Source: Hydrolagus colliei
Taxonomy: Eukaryota
Direction: 5' to 3'
Length of the DNA: 64,000 bases
NCBI GenBank assembly: GCA_035084275.1
Contig: CM068748.1
Location: 3,410,001 to 3,474,000 of the forward strand
Position 1 is the stretch's first letter. Each line of letters begins with the position of its first letter. Both the position numbers and the translations under genes were made by a program. Of this stretch, positions 26,972 through 39,285 are shown piece by piece. The notes under the pieces were generated by a model. That model searched no databases. It saw only the letters and a program-made list of their open reading frames with translations, and was not told the DNA's origin.

Positions 26972-27275
26972 CTTCCAGGCAGGACAAAACCTTGGGCAAG
27001 TTTCCTCACTCCACAGCCCTGATAATAATCCCTCAAGAAGCAAAAAAAATAATAAATTGAATATGTTCAAGGCCTGAGCATCAACAGCCCTTTTGGGTAA
27101 GGAATTCCATATATTCACCACTCTCTGAGTGAAGTTTGTGGGATAATGCTGTGCGTAATTGTTTTGCCCACAAATATAGAGTAAATTCACATGACAGTAT
27201 ATTCTGTGAAGCACTTTGAGATGTCTAGAAAACGTGAAAAGCACTATATCACATGCAAGGATTAGTATTATTATT
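26972..27275 (+). mobile_element. Young SINE interrupted by a CR1 fragment (about 27057-27133, minus strand)
   Basis: SINE body on both sides of a piece translating as FTQRVVNIWNSLPKRAVDA (CR1 ORF2 C-terminus). Confidence 0.85.
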
Positions 27276-27412
27276 GCCAAAAACAAAGTGAGAATTCACC
27301 CTGATCTATTTTTTTAAATCTAGCACTTTGAAAAGAACCCAGAATCAGTAATCCATCAGAGTGAAACAATCAACTTGAGAAATTATCTTGCTGAAACTTG
27401 CACACAATATCT

Positions 27413-27703
27413 GGAGTCCTGTAGCTCAGTGATTAGGGCACTCGCCTTACAAGCGTGAGACCTATGTTCGAATCCAGGCAGGTCAGTTTCCTTAATCCAT
27501 GTGCCCAATAATAATTCCTCCCAAAAAAAATTGGTCATTTCAATCCACGACTGTTTGCGGGACACTGCTGTAAGTAGTCGGCTGCCGCGTTTCGCCCACA
27601 AATGTACAGTCAATTCACTTTACAGTATATGTTTGAAGTGTTTTGAGACGTCTAGAAGACTTGGAAAGTGCAATATCAAATGCAAGGATTATTATTATTA
27701 TTA
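27413..27703 (+). mobile_element. Full-length young tRNA-SINE
   Basis: ggagtcctgtagctcagtgattaggg...gttcgaatcc...aaggattattatt. Confidence 0.92.
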
Positions 27704-28923
27704 ATATCATCTCTACAACGCATTACCCATTCTGACAGTGCCAGTGCCTTAAGCATAAGTCATTTTGTAAAACCATGACCCTGCATCGAGCATGTCCTTA
27801 AGAAGGAAAATCTATCTACAGTATCTATTTGAGTATCTGGTCTCTTTTGTTCTTCCCACTTCCTCTTCTAATACTCTGAAGAACAATTCAGTAGCTTTAG
27901 TTATAGAATGGGTTAATTGGCTCAAGGAGTCATAAAGGTGGTTTATAGCCCTTCCCCCATTTTTATTGAAATCGATGTACATTAAAGATTCAAATAATAC
28001 AGCACAAAGGAGCCTTGCGTCAATCCAGTTTTTGCAACAATTGAAAGCAAACTGGGAAGCACAACTACACAGTGTAGCCAGATCGATTCAGTTTGAAAAC
28101 TGTGTGGAGCCACTTTCAAGATGCTTCACCCTGGCTGGCTGGAAAATGATTGCACCAAGCATGACACAGACCTTCAAAGTTTCTCAGGAGGCCAGGAGCA
28201 AGCGTGCCCTTCAAGGCTCGCTGAAGATGATTTTTCAAAACAGAGTTTGCCCTGGACTGGCTAGGCTGCCCTTTCAATTTATTCTTAGTAAAGAATTTAC
28301 TATCCCACCTAGTGAGAACACTGAATGTGTTTAAGTCAGAACGGAGGGGTGCAATGTGCAGCCAACAGTGCACCTGAACTATGACGGCTTGCAACGATTC
28401 ATTGCATGTGATGGTTTGACATTGCCATTTACTATGTACCAAACTGACAGGAGAGCAGTTGGTTAAGAATATACTGCCAAACGTTACTGGGAATGTGAAC
28501 CTGAACCAATATGAAAGAACTTTGTGAGTGAGTGGGTTCATGTAAACCAGTGCGTTTGGAAATACCATCTTCTTTGTTTACAGTGTTGGATGTCGAGTTG
28601 TATGCTACTGTGAATTGAATGTATCAGAAATAGTATGTTGCTTACTTGCAAGTGTAACAGTTAGTCAGAAACCTGCTATTGAATGTCATAAGACTGATGT
28701 TTGTTGTAAAACATTGACATGCTTTGCTTGTTATTTTCAATACGACTATCTCTTCAAAGGGAACAAATAAAATACAAACTTTGAGACAACAAATTAAAGC
28801 TGGAATAGCTCCCTGACATGGAAGTTAGTGATTGCTTGAACAGTATCACTGTAGTTGGTATGGAAGTGACCTGCTTTTGGCTGGGGTCACACCACAATGC
28901 TATCAGGTATTCCCTGTGCAATA

Positions 28924-28939
28924 CAGCACCCCCTGGCAG
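28924..28939 (-). promoter_or_regulatory. CTCF-like motif
   Basis: CTGCCAGGGGGTGCTG versus the core consensus CCACCAGGGGGCGCTG. Confidence 0.4.
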
Positions 28940-31112
28940 TAAGCCCTGAGTCTAGACCACAATAAAAAAAACTATAAATCGTCTGGTGTGAAAGATTAAT
29001 GGCAGGGTAGGGGGAAAGTGGTTATGTCTATTATGCTGATGTGAATTTCGACGCATAGCAGTTAATATGTCCTGGGTCTTACATCAGTGCTTCTGCTTGT
29101 CCAAGATTTTAAAAAACAAGCTGACATATCATGTAAAAGGTGAGTGAATTCTTCAAAGCCTAGGTTGTCGCTCCCTCGAAATAGCATTTAGGGAGTATGG
29201 TCATTTTAAACTTGTGGGCAGTGTGTGTCGGGGAATGGGGGAGGAATCTAGTGGGCAAACAAACAGGCACAAAAGTACATACTGTATTGGGTTTGAAGTT
29301 TGCAGGGATTATAACTATTTAATATGAAATTATCACTAAAGAGAGTCACAAAAATCAACTGTGATCATGTTTATCATATGATAGCATTGGACGAAGAAGA
29401 TCCCATGGCCTATTTGATCTCAACTTTCCAGAATACCTGTCTGCCCATCAACAGACTTTAGAGTCTTGGTCTCAACCAGCCTTCCCAGCAACCTGTTCCA
29501 GTCATTAATTAGCCTCTATCTTTAAAGCTCTAAGCCTGTGCCCTCTTGTTCTACTGTTTTTGGTGCATCAGAAAGTAGCCAGATTGATTTGAGGATTGGT
29601 TTATGAATCAGACGCATAGAGTTGACTTTTACATTAGCCTTACTCCAAAAAGTAACGCACAGAGCCATTAAACCTAAGCAAATCCATGACAGCGAACACA
29701 CTGATGTTACTAAGCCAATAGCACTTTCTTGAAAATAATGAAGGAAATGGAATTCCAAGGACGTTAACACAAATCAAAGATATCCCAGATTTTCTTTCTG
29801 GAAGACCCTATTCACCATGATCACTATTCAATTGGTACAATTATATAAGTGAGACGTTTGGGTTCACGTGCAGACTTTGAATCTTTCAGATAAAAAATGC
29901 CATTCATTATAGTCACAGCTGCATAGAACAGGCCTTCTCAGAATTTTACGCACTGAGTCCATTTTCAATAACACTTTCATCCCAATGCATTTCTGGGTTG
30001 TGCAACTTCCTTGGTAACACTGTTGTGTTTTCACAGATTAATTCAGTTAAACAACGGATGCATTTTTTTCCCCCTGAATGATGGCATCCATACATGTGTG
30101 CATGACTGTGTTTCAAGCCAGCCAGTGGGCACTCCACCCCTCTCTTTCCTCAACAGCAGTCATTTAACTGGTCTGACCTCTCCACCTCCAATTAGGCAGA
30201 ATTGCAGCCTAATGTCAGTGATTAAAACAGCATTGTATGTATGTATTGATGATTTCATGAAAGAAAAGGCACTTGTTCACAAACCTCCACACATGTCTGC
30301 ATACAATAGTCCACATTTAGTTTGGACTTTATAATGCAAAACCATGTTGAGTTTTCACCCGGATTTTAAACATAAAGTAAGTTTTATCCAGTCCAGTCTT
30401 GAGTTATTAATAACAACCGTAAATGGCCAATGTTTTATTTGCCAATATTTTATTTGCCATTGTAAGAAAATAAATCAGATATTTCAGTAGAGCTACTGGT
30501 ACTGAATACAAGCAATGCATTAAAATTTGGTTTACTTTATCATCCATAGATTTATATCCATTAACCTTTGCATAGGCGGGAACTGGTCTTATTAAAGAGG
30601 ATCGACACATCGATAAGCTAAGTACTATCCTTCCAAAATATGTTTTTTTTAAAACAAAGAATGAGCTGTAGATCAGAACCATGTGTATAATTTCTAAAGT
30701 TTGCTGTAAACTTCAACTGCACAAAAATTTGCTGATGTCAGATTTGGCTCCTGCTCCATTCTCCCCTGTGAAAAATCAGAACATTTCTGCCTAATGGACT
30801 GTGTCTGACATTATACATTAATGTATTGACTTTACAGGAAAATAATTCAGTGTTATAGATTTTGTTTTGCCAAAAAGAAGGCAATTTTTCCTTAACTAAG
30901 CACTATTTATTTTTCTTAATATAAAAATTATAACCACAAAAATTCAGCAAAACTAATAAACAGTATCCTAGATAGATGTTAAATAGTCCCCCGTAACCAT
31001 TATTTCCTCCAGTGTGCACACTCGATCTCCGGGCCGTGCGATGATTCATGCATAATTTGTAAAAGGCCACTTTTTCATGAGAGAAACAGAACAAAACAAT
31101 AAAGTTGCTGAC

Positions 31113-31246
31113 CTTTCCATGCAGGTTGCTCAATTGTTTCTGGTGATCTCCATCCAGAAGGTAAGGAACTATTTTCTCATATTGTTGCAGCTGCTTTAGA
31201 TGCTCCTGTTGCCTAGGCGATGATAATTTACTGGACAAAATATTGC
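31113..31246 (-). CDS. adam12: ADAM12-like, coding exon 2 (prodomain start)
   Basis: Acceptor ttgcag|GC and donor GAAAG|gtcagc. Length is 134 nt, phase 1 to 0. Reads (G)NILSSKLSSPRQQEHLKQLQQYEKIVPYLLDGDHQKQLSNLHGK, containing the YExxxP motif typical of the start of reprolysin prodomains. Confidence 0.85.
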
Positions 31247-31877
31247 CTGCAAGTACATTATTATTAAAGATCAGGAAATGGACCACTCTTCCACACATAC
31301 ACAATTATGCAGCAAACTGTTTTAATACATTTATATGTCAAGAGTGAGCAAATGAAAGGTTATTCCATGTAGAAGCAGGTAAAGAATGCTCTAGATAAAT
31401 CGTGCCCCATTTTTCCTTTTACACCTTTTTGTCCTCGTCTCTTCTTTACCACAGCAAAAGATGAACACTGTTAGCTTTCTACTGAAATCAATAGGCTTTT
31501 CTTAGCACAAGCTATTGCTTCAAATGGAATCTAAAAAGCAGCAATTTCTAACAAAAAACTCCAAATGCCTAAAATGCTATCGAATAAGTCTATTTTGCCT
31601 TCAAATTGAAAGATTTAAGAGTTCTCCGTGATTCTACAGGACCTTAAATTTTTTAGGTAAATAGCTTTCCAGGGCTAAGAATAGATTGAATTTCAGAATA
31701 GCCTGAATTCACAAGCAGGGACTCCTTCTGATACTGTGACCCTATCCAGCACAAATTCCTCCTTGAATGTTAACTGCAGAAATGAGTCACAATCATTGGA
31801 ATGATCTATTAATTGTTTACAAATCCCACCTTATTCAATAACACACCCTCAGGATGAACCATGTACTATACTATAGT

Positions 31878-32177
31878 GGAGTCCTATAGCTCAGAGGTTA
31901 GAGCACTCGCCTCTCAAGCGAGAGACCTGGGGTTCGAATCCCGGCAGGAAAAAACCTTGGGAAAGTTTCCTTACTCCACATGCCTGATAATAATCCTTCA
32001 AGAAAAAATCCCCAAAGAATAATATATAGGTCACTTCTATCCAGGATTGTTTGTGGAACACTGCTGTGGGTAATCGGCCGCCATGTTTTGCCCACAAATA
32101 CATATATTTACAGTATATTCTGTGAGGCGCTTTCAGACTTGAAAAGTGCTATGTCAAATTAAGGATTATTATTATTA
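31878..32177 (+). mobile_element. Full-length young tRNA-SINE
   Basis: Intact B box ggttcgaatccc, with the same body and tail as the other copies. Confidence 0.92.
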
Positions 32178-33069
32178 TATACTGTAACTCTTTGTACAAC
32201 AAAGAAAACCATGATAATTTAGAGGTTTTCCTAGCATGTGATAACTTAATTTAGTTCAGTTAAAATTCTGGCTAATTTTCCTAGGTATATTTTGAAGGAT
32301 AGGTATCAAATGTAGCAATATCCACATCGTGAACTTGGTACAGTGCCAGATGTGGACAGAACCAAGTCACGAAAAGCCCAGCTTTTTTGTGGTTGGAAGA
32401 TGGGCTTCCCAGAAGCAAGATTGTGTAATCAAGAGACCTGAAGACAGGGTTAACGGGAAAGTTCAGAAACTCAATAGTTGACGTGCCCATGGAGCATTGC
32501 CATCGGATACCCTTGAACGGTTGCAAGTTGGGGATTGATGGCAAAGATTTACCCTTTAGCATCCACAATCACAGCGATTGACAGGAAGTCAAATCCGTGA
32601 ACCCGGCTTTGTCAGAAACCAGCTGTTATGCACTGCCTAGCTCTCAAATCCACTTGTCACACTTACTTTATTTAATCCTCTTTTTTCGTGAAACAGAAGA
32701 ATTGATTGCGCTTGAACTAGCTAGACCTACAATGCTGGCCACAGTTGGCAGCAGGAATGAAGATCTCAGTAATGTTGTTCACATTGCCTTAGAAACGAGT
32801 GACAAATCAAAGGAAAAATACAAAGGAAACGGTCAGTACTTCCCATAGAAGGTTTAACACAGTGGTTATGACATAGTCCAGCAAGCAGGATTTGAATAAT
32901 TCAAGCCACAAACTATTCTTATCATGAGTTCAAGCAGTTCTTATTTAATGGGTGATAAGATTTAGGTTATTAGGTAAGATTCTTGGCTGTGGTAGTATCT
33001 TCCCTGAGTACTAAATCTCTTTCAAGAACAAAATAGAATTGGTGCCGTGGGAAAGACTAAGGATACCAT

Positions 33070-33800
33070 ATGATTGCTGTTCACAACTGGCTGCCGCGTC
33101 TCACCCACAAAATACACAGTCAATTCACGTTAAAGTATATTCCGCGAAGCGCCTTGAGACAACAACAACAACAAATTACATTTATATAGCGCCTTTCACG
33201 TCGGGAGGACGTCCCAAGGCGCTGCACAGGAGGCGTGTGACCCGAGCTGGGAGGGGAGTGTTTGGAAAGGGGTGAAACACGAAGGGGAGGTAAAAGAGTT
33301 CGGGGTGGAACAGAAGGCACGATCGAAGAGGAAAGTCTTCAAACCGGCCTTGAAAGAGGAAAGGGAAGAGACGAAACGGAGGGATTGAGGGACTGGATTC
33401 CAAAGGGTGGGAGCGGAGAAACTGAAGGCCCGGCCTCCGATGGTGGGGCGGTTCGGGCGGGGAGCTTGGAGCAGGCCAAGTCCTGTTGAACGGAGGGTCC
33501 GGGTGGGCGTGTAGGGGGAGAGTAGATCGGCTAGGTAGGATGGGGCAAGGCCGTGTAAGGCCTTGTAGGTGAGGACGAGGATCTTGAACTCGATCCTCTG
33601 GAGGATGGGGAGTGGAGACGGGCGAGGGTGGGGGTTATGTGGTCGCGGAGGCGGGTGCGGGATAGTACACGGGCTGCAGAGTTTTGGATGGCCTGCAGCC
33701 TGTGAATGGAGGAACTGGGGAGGCCGACGAGGAGAGAATTTCCGTAGTAGACATCTCGAAGACGTGATAAGGTGCTGTATCAAACGCAAGGATTATTATC
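33070..33800 (+). mobile_element. Young SINE split by an L2 insertion
   Basis: Core runs to gccttgagac (33160); the tail resumes at agacatctcgaagacgtg (33749). Confidence 0.85.
33161..33748 (-). mobile_element. L2 3' fragment of the same young subfamily, inserted in a SINE
   Basis: Near-identical reverse complement of about 49033-49630 with small frameshifting indels. Has an (AAC)n tail on the + strand and is flanked by an AGAC duplication. Confidence 0.95.
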
Positions 33801-33844
33801 AAACTGTTTCCTTTGCTATGATCTGACCCTCTGCTCCTGATAAA

Positions 33845-34040
33845 ATAATAATAATCTTTTGATATAGCTCCTCATCACATCAATGAGACATTTCAATGAG
33901 CTTCACAGGATTTTTCGCAATGTTGCTTGAGACGGTGTCTATTTTGTGGAGAAAAGGAGAAGAGATATTTATTAGTAATAATAATAATCCTTTTGTTTGA
34001 TATAGCGCCTGATATAGTTGTTGAGATGTCTCAAAGCACT
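33845..34040 (-). mobile_element. Two SINE tail fragments
   Basis: aataataatc...gatatagc... at about 33845 and 33975. Confidence 0.75.
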
Positions 34041-36529
34041 AATAATAATAATAATAATAATAATAAAAATGAATGTAAAATGAGGAGAAACTTTGCACTT
34101 CTGGGATGAGGAGAATGGATTTCCAGGAGGCAGTTCACAATTAATGAGTTAGGATTATACAATCCACACTGATTGTGACATTTCAGCAGTTTTAATACAT
34201 TACTTGTAACTGGAGATTGTGTGACTGACGTTAACCGCAATACCCCATTCAGTCTTACCGAAATGTTAAAAATTCTGATTTTGATTTCTATGTTTAGTGC
34301 CAAAAACAAATCAGTGAGTGCAGTGCATCTTACCAGCAACGGAACGCAAGCAAATGCATGATATGGATTATCTGAATAATAGGAATTGCTATGCAAAGAG
34401 ATCCCAAGTTACGGACTGGTGTTTTAGTACAGTGTATATTTACCAACACATTAGAATACTATCTAAATCTTTATTACTATAATCATTCCTGATTCAGGAC
34501 TTTTTTTTAACCACAAGTCGTATACTTTAATCATACACTCAAAGAGTCCTAAAACTGCACTGTAAAATGATCAGCCCAGAGATAAAGAGGGCTTTGGTTC
34601 AGACATTATCCACTAATATAGACTTAAGCACAACCAACTAACCAATTGAACAAGTTAAAACATTCAGTGCTCCATCAGGTATAGAATATAATACTTAATC
34701 CAATAAGCGTAAAAAGATTTCCCTTTCAGCACAAAGAAAAACAATCTTTGGATTGATCCAACCACAGCAGTATTTTCCTTTGGCATTATGATGATTTCTG
34801 ACATGAAGAGAGTAACAATGCTGACCTTTCATGATTGTCTAAGGGCCAATAAGCATACCAGATGTATTAATATTATGAAGTAAAACATAATGGCTTGATA
34901 TTCCTGCATTATCACATTACTGTATTTCTACATTATTGCACACACATGGAAAAAAAATAGGGCTGTCATTATGCACCAGTAGCATCCTAAACAGCCTTGA
35001 GGGAGAATGATCAATTTTTCTGTCACTTTTCGTACAGTATGATATGATTTTCGATGTTCGCCTAAAAAAATTTAACAAAACTAGTAGCACTGTTGTATAA
35101 ACAAGAGAGAACGTCATTGCGTGTGCCTATTTAAGGGAGGGCAAAAGATATTCATCTGAATTCCTATACAGTGTAAGCCTATCTCTGAATGTAGGCAAGT
35201 CATCTTTTTTGTTTCTCGGCTTCATCCGTTCTAGTCCTTCATGGTTTGAAACTGATGATCGGAGGCAGAGTTGGAATGAACATTTTGTGGAAATTACTCT
35301 CTTCAGTGATATTATAAACTGGAGTGTTGCCCAAAGCCTCTGCCCCCAGCTACAATAAGGGCCAATAAATAGCACTGGAATAGAACAACATGATGTCACC
35401 AAAGAGGGGACTTCAGATAAAATGCCTGTTCACATCTGGGTGGATGTACGGGTCACAGACCACGAGTGACTCATCTCAGAGCTTTAAAACACAGTAACAA
35501 AGTACAGCTGAGACACTTCCTCTTTGAGGAAAGGCTCAGAAGAACGCCAATTGCAAAGTTTTACAGTATTTACAGTATTTTCTTCCACCTTTGTAACAAT
35601 GGGATCTTGGGGCTTATTTTACATTGGAATATAACAATCACAGCATTCGATAGAACGCCTTAACATGTCGCTGAGCCAACTCAATGCAACCCACGGAAAT
35701 GACTTTAAAATGTAGTAGCTGTGATATTGTAGGCAAACAGATGTCCGAGATGTCTAATAAGATGTCTGACAGAAACATTTATCTATTAGCATGTGCAATG
35801 TCAAGTGTTTTGGGGGCTATTCCGCCATTGTCAAGTGCTCTTGCACACTACTCACACCAAGAAGGGTGCTATATAAGGGTGCAAGTTGTTGCTCTTATTA
35901 TTGATTTTATTGGATATCAATATGGCTAGCATTTTCGCAGTAAGGATCAGAAACAATTAGTTTAATCATTCAAATAAGATTGAAATAGAAGCAGAGTTTA
36001 AGTGTTTGGAAACTTTGCCATATTCATATGCAACGGACAATATACAGTACTTGAATACAGGTGACAAAAAGTGAACATTTAAATAGATATAGGTTGTGAT
36101 TATCACCAATGTATCTTAATTAGTTAAGTGTTCTTGCAACAGAGATATTAATTATGAGGTTATCTGTTTATCTGTTGTTTGCTATCTGTCGTTTGTTGTT
36201 TGTTATCTGTTATCTGTTGTTTCTGAATATTATATGGCTTTGAATGTTGAAGGCTTGGACTTTATTTTAACAGAGGTTAAGCTTGTTAATTGAGGCATCC
36301 AAATGCTACCTGAAATCCTTCCAGTGATCACACCAACTGATTAATAATTCATACAATAATAAGTGTACCGGTATTTATGAGACTGTGTATTTGCATGTCA
36401 GTCTGGCTCAGCAGTCTCACCTCTGAGTTAGAAGGTTGTGGTTTCAAGTCCCATGTCAGGACTTGAACTTGAATTGTCTATGCTGCACACTGCAGTGCTG
36501 GGGATATGTTGCATTATTGGAGGTGTTGT

Positions 36530-36635
36530 CCCAACCATCCTCCCCCAACCACTCGGGTCCTAACCCCCAACTGTTCAATGCCTTGGGATGTCCTCCCGAC
36601 TTGAAAGGCGCTTTACAAATGTACTATTGCATTGC
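36530..36635 (+). mobile_element. L2 3' tail abutting an old SINE
   Basis: gccttgggatgtcctcccgacttgaaaggcgctttacaaatgta. Confidence 0.8.
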
Positions 36636-38129
36636 ATCACTTTATAAACTTGCACTGATTGTATTTTTGATGTGCACAGTAAATGGAAATATTATATTTG
36701 TTGCAAATATTAAACTAAAATGTGTTCCAGTTATTTTCTACATGTCAACTTCTTTCATTTTAAATAAAATGCATTTACTTCACAATGCCTCCATTTAAAA
36801 TTTCCGGTATACCAGTTACCATAAAATTATTTTTGCCTTGTACAGATAAAACCTATGGAAGTCCACTTATTTGGATTGAAAAACTCTTTGCAGTACAATT
36901 CATGAAAATGTTCCCAAACCCTTTAGTTTATGCATTAATGGCACTGCCAGTGATTTAAATAATAAGCCATGCAATCCTAAAATTGGCTTTCATTGCAAAA
37001 AAAATCATCAGAAGAACTGGTGCCAGAAAGATAATTTTTAACAGCTCGCTCCTTTTCATCTGTTTCATTTTTATGTTTATGCAGTCATATTATCTCATGG
37101 GAAACGATTTTAAACAAGGAAATTTACATTAACTTTTTTTCAAGAAATGTATACATAACATCAACAAAAATGTTGAAGACGTTAAGCTTGAGAATTAACA
37201 TTATATACATTTTTTTTAAATCCTTGAGGCAATCCACAAATATGTTGATCTTAGTTGCTTCTCTAATGATAGCACATTAATTGTTAACCTTCAAAGCGAT
37301 TTGCAGTTCTATTTGTTTTGCTAGGAGTATACAATTCCTGTTTACTGCACGAGGCGGAAGAGAAATGATAAAAACAAGTCATTTCTGTGCTCACTTATCT
37401 GCTATTTTGTCATTTCAAGCCGTAATTAAGATTTAAGCTTTTAGAATGTCTCCAATTTGTTCAGCTAAGTGTCCTATATGAAAATGAGGTACCAGATCAA
37501 AAAGCAGTTGTGACAAGCCAAGGATAGTTGGCACTTCAAAAACAAAAAGTAAGGAATAATGAATGAAACCTGAGCCCAACCTGGTATGATTGATTAAGGG
37601 GGCTAAGTTCAGATATGAATAAATCTTCCCAGTTTTGCTTTTTCAACCCAAATAATTATAAACTTATAATTTTATGTTTAAATTTGACGGCGCACCATTT
37701 TTGCTGGCGAACATCTATTGTAAGATTCTCACTGTAGTCAGCAAATCACACAATTATACTATTAGATTTCTTTTATTAACTATAGTCATAATGTTTCCGA
37801 TGTCCTGTACTCGTAAAAATAATGGGCTGAAAGCAATTTTATCTACTGTCATGAAAATTTCACATAAAGCCTGTGGTAGCAATAACACCAAAGGATTAAA
37901 CCTTTCTAATAGCTTCCTTTGGACAATGAAGTTCCCCTAACCATTCATGAAAAAGCAACCTACTTGTTTCTTCAAACCGTTTGCTCCTTGGAGAGATTTT
38001 TACTATGAGTAAATTGATATGGTTGATCAGTTATCAAGTTTGGCGGATTAAGCTGTTTGTTTTATTATGCTTACGCACACAAACAAATCTGTGCATGCAC
38101 AGTAAAACCTGCACTGAATCAATCAGACT

Positions 38130-38220
38130 CAATAGCGCCTTTCATGTCTTCTAGACATCTCAATGTGCTTGACAGAATATACTGTAAAGTGAATTGACTG
38201 TATATTTGTGGGTGAAAACA
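38130..38220 (-). mobile_element. Young SINE fragment
   Basis: Reverse complement of the tail and core. Confidence 0.82.
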
Positions 38221-38239
38221 CCTGTGCTGTACTCATATA

Positions 38240-38429
38240 CAGTAAAAGCCCGTTTATCCGGCACCCGATCCAGCGTAACTTCCGTATAACCGGCATCGCA
38301 AAATAAAGGTCTGCATTCGATTAACTGGAATTTCTTCTTTTTCTTTGGCGTTTTCAGTCGAATATCCGGCAGGCGCTTTAACTTGCATTGGCCAGATCCC
38401 GAGGGTGCCAGATAAACGGGCTTTTACTG
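38240..38429. mobile_element. Tc1/mariner (pogo/Tigger-type) MITE
   Basis: 27-bp TIRs cagtaaaagcccgtttatc(c/t)ggcaccc (26/27 match), flanked by TA on both sides. Length is 190 bp. Confidence 0.9.
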
Positions 38430-39197
38430 TATTATTAAAAAAAAGTCATATACTGTAACTACAAATGCAATATGTTTGTGTGTGATAGAACAGTCACTTT
38501 GTTTAGCTATTCAGGAAGCAGCTGTATGAAAACACTGTACTCCTCTTTTATTACAGTCTCCATATGATGATCCATACAATGTAAGCACCAGTGATAATTT
38601 TTATGTGCTGAACTGTAACTGTCTAGTGGTCATTAGAATTGCCAATAGTTTTCAGAGAGTAATGCTACAGGTACACTTTTATTTTAGAGAGGTGAGATGA
38701 TACATTTAAGAAATAACTTCTTCAAGTATCAAAGGTTCAGAACAAAGGTTTATTTTACAGTCGACATACAATATATACAGAAAATGTTTATGAATTTTCC
38801 AGCCATTTTGTCTCTTATTGTGATCGTGATCTCCAGTTTTAAGTATGTTTTATTTTCTTACATCAAATTGTATGCATTTTGAACCTTTCAGCAGAAGAGG
38901 CAGTTTTGATATGAAGATTGAAAACCAGAAAGTAATTCCCAGTGAGACAGTGAAGAGTCAACAATAATAAAAGGGAAAGAGAACATTGTGTAACAGGCAA
39001 GGTTTAGAATGTCAAAGTACAATTTTCATCTAAATTCAATGCCAATCCTGAAATAAAAACAGCCTATTTCCACAGCTTTTGTATGAAAGTGCATTAAAGC
39101 TGGAAACACTCTATATTGGATTGGATAAATTAAGTAGAGTGAAATCACTAGTCTAGAACAGAAAAAAATATTGGTTGGAATCAGATTGCCACATATA

Positions 39198-39285
39198 AAA
39201 ATAATCCTCTGAGACGTCTCAAAGCACTTCACAGATTATACTATAAAGTGAATGACTGTATTTTGTGGGTGAAACGTGGCAGCAA
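39198..39285 (-). mobile_element. Young SINE fragment
   Basis: gagacgtctcaaagcacttcacag...gtgggtgaaacgtggcagc. Confidence 0.8.

Noticed and set aside
27966-28568. Overlapping 122-aa and 150-aa ORFs
   Set aside because: No recognisable motifs or splice logic; compatible with chance ORFs or a decayed repeat.
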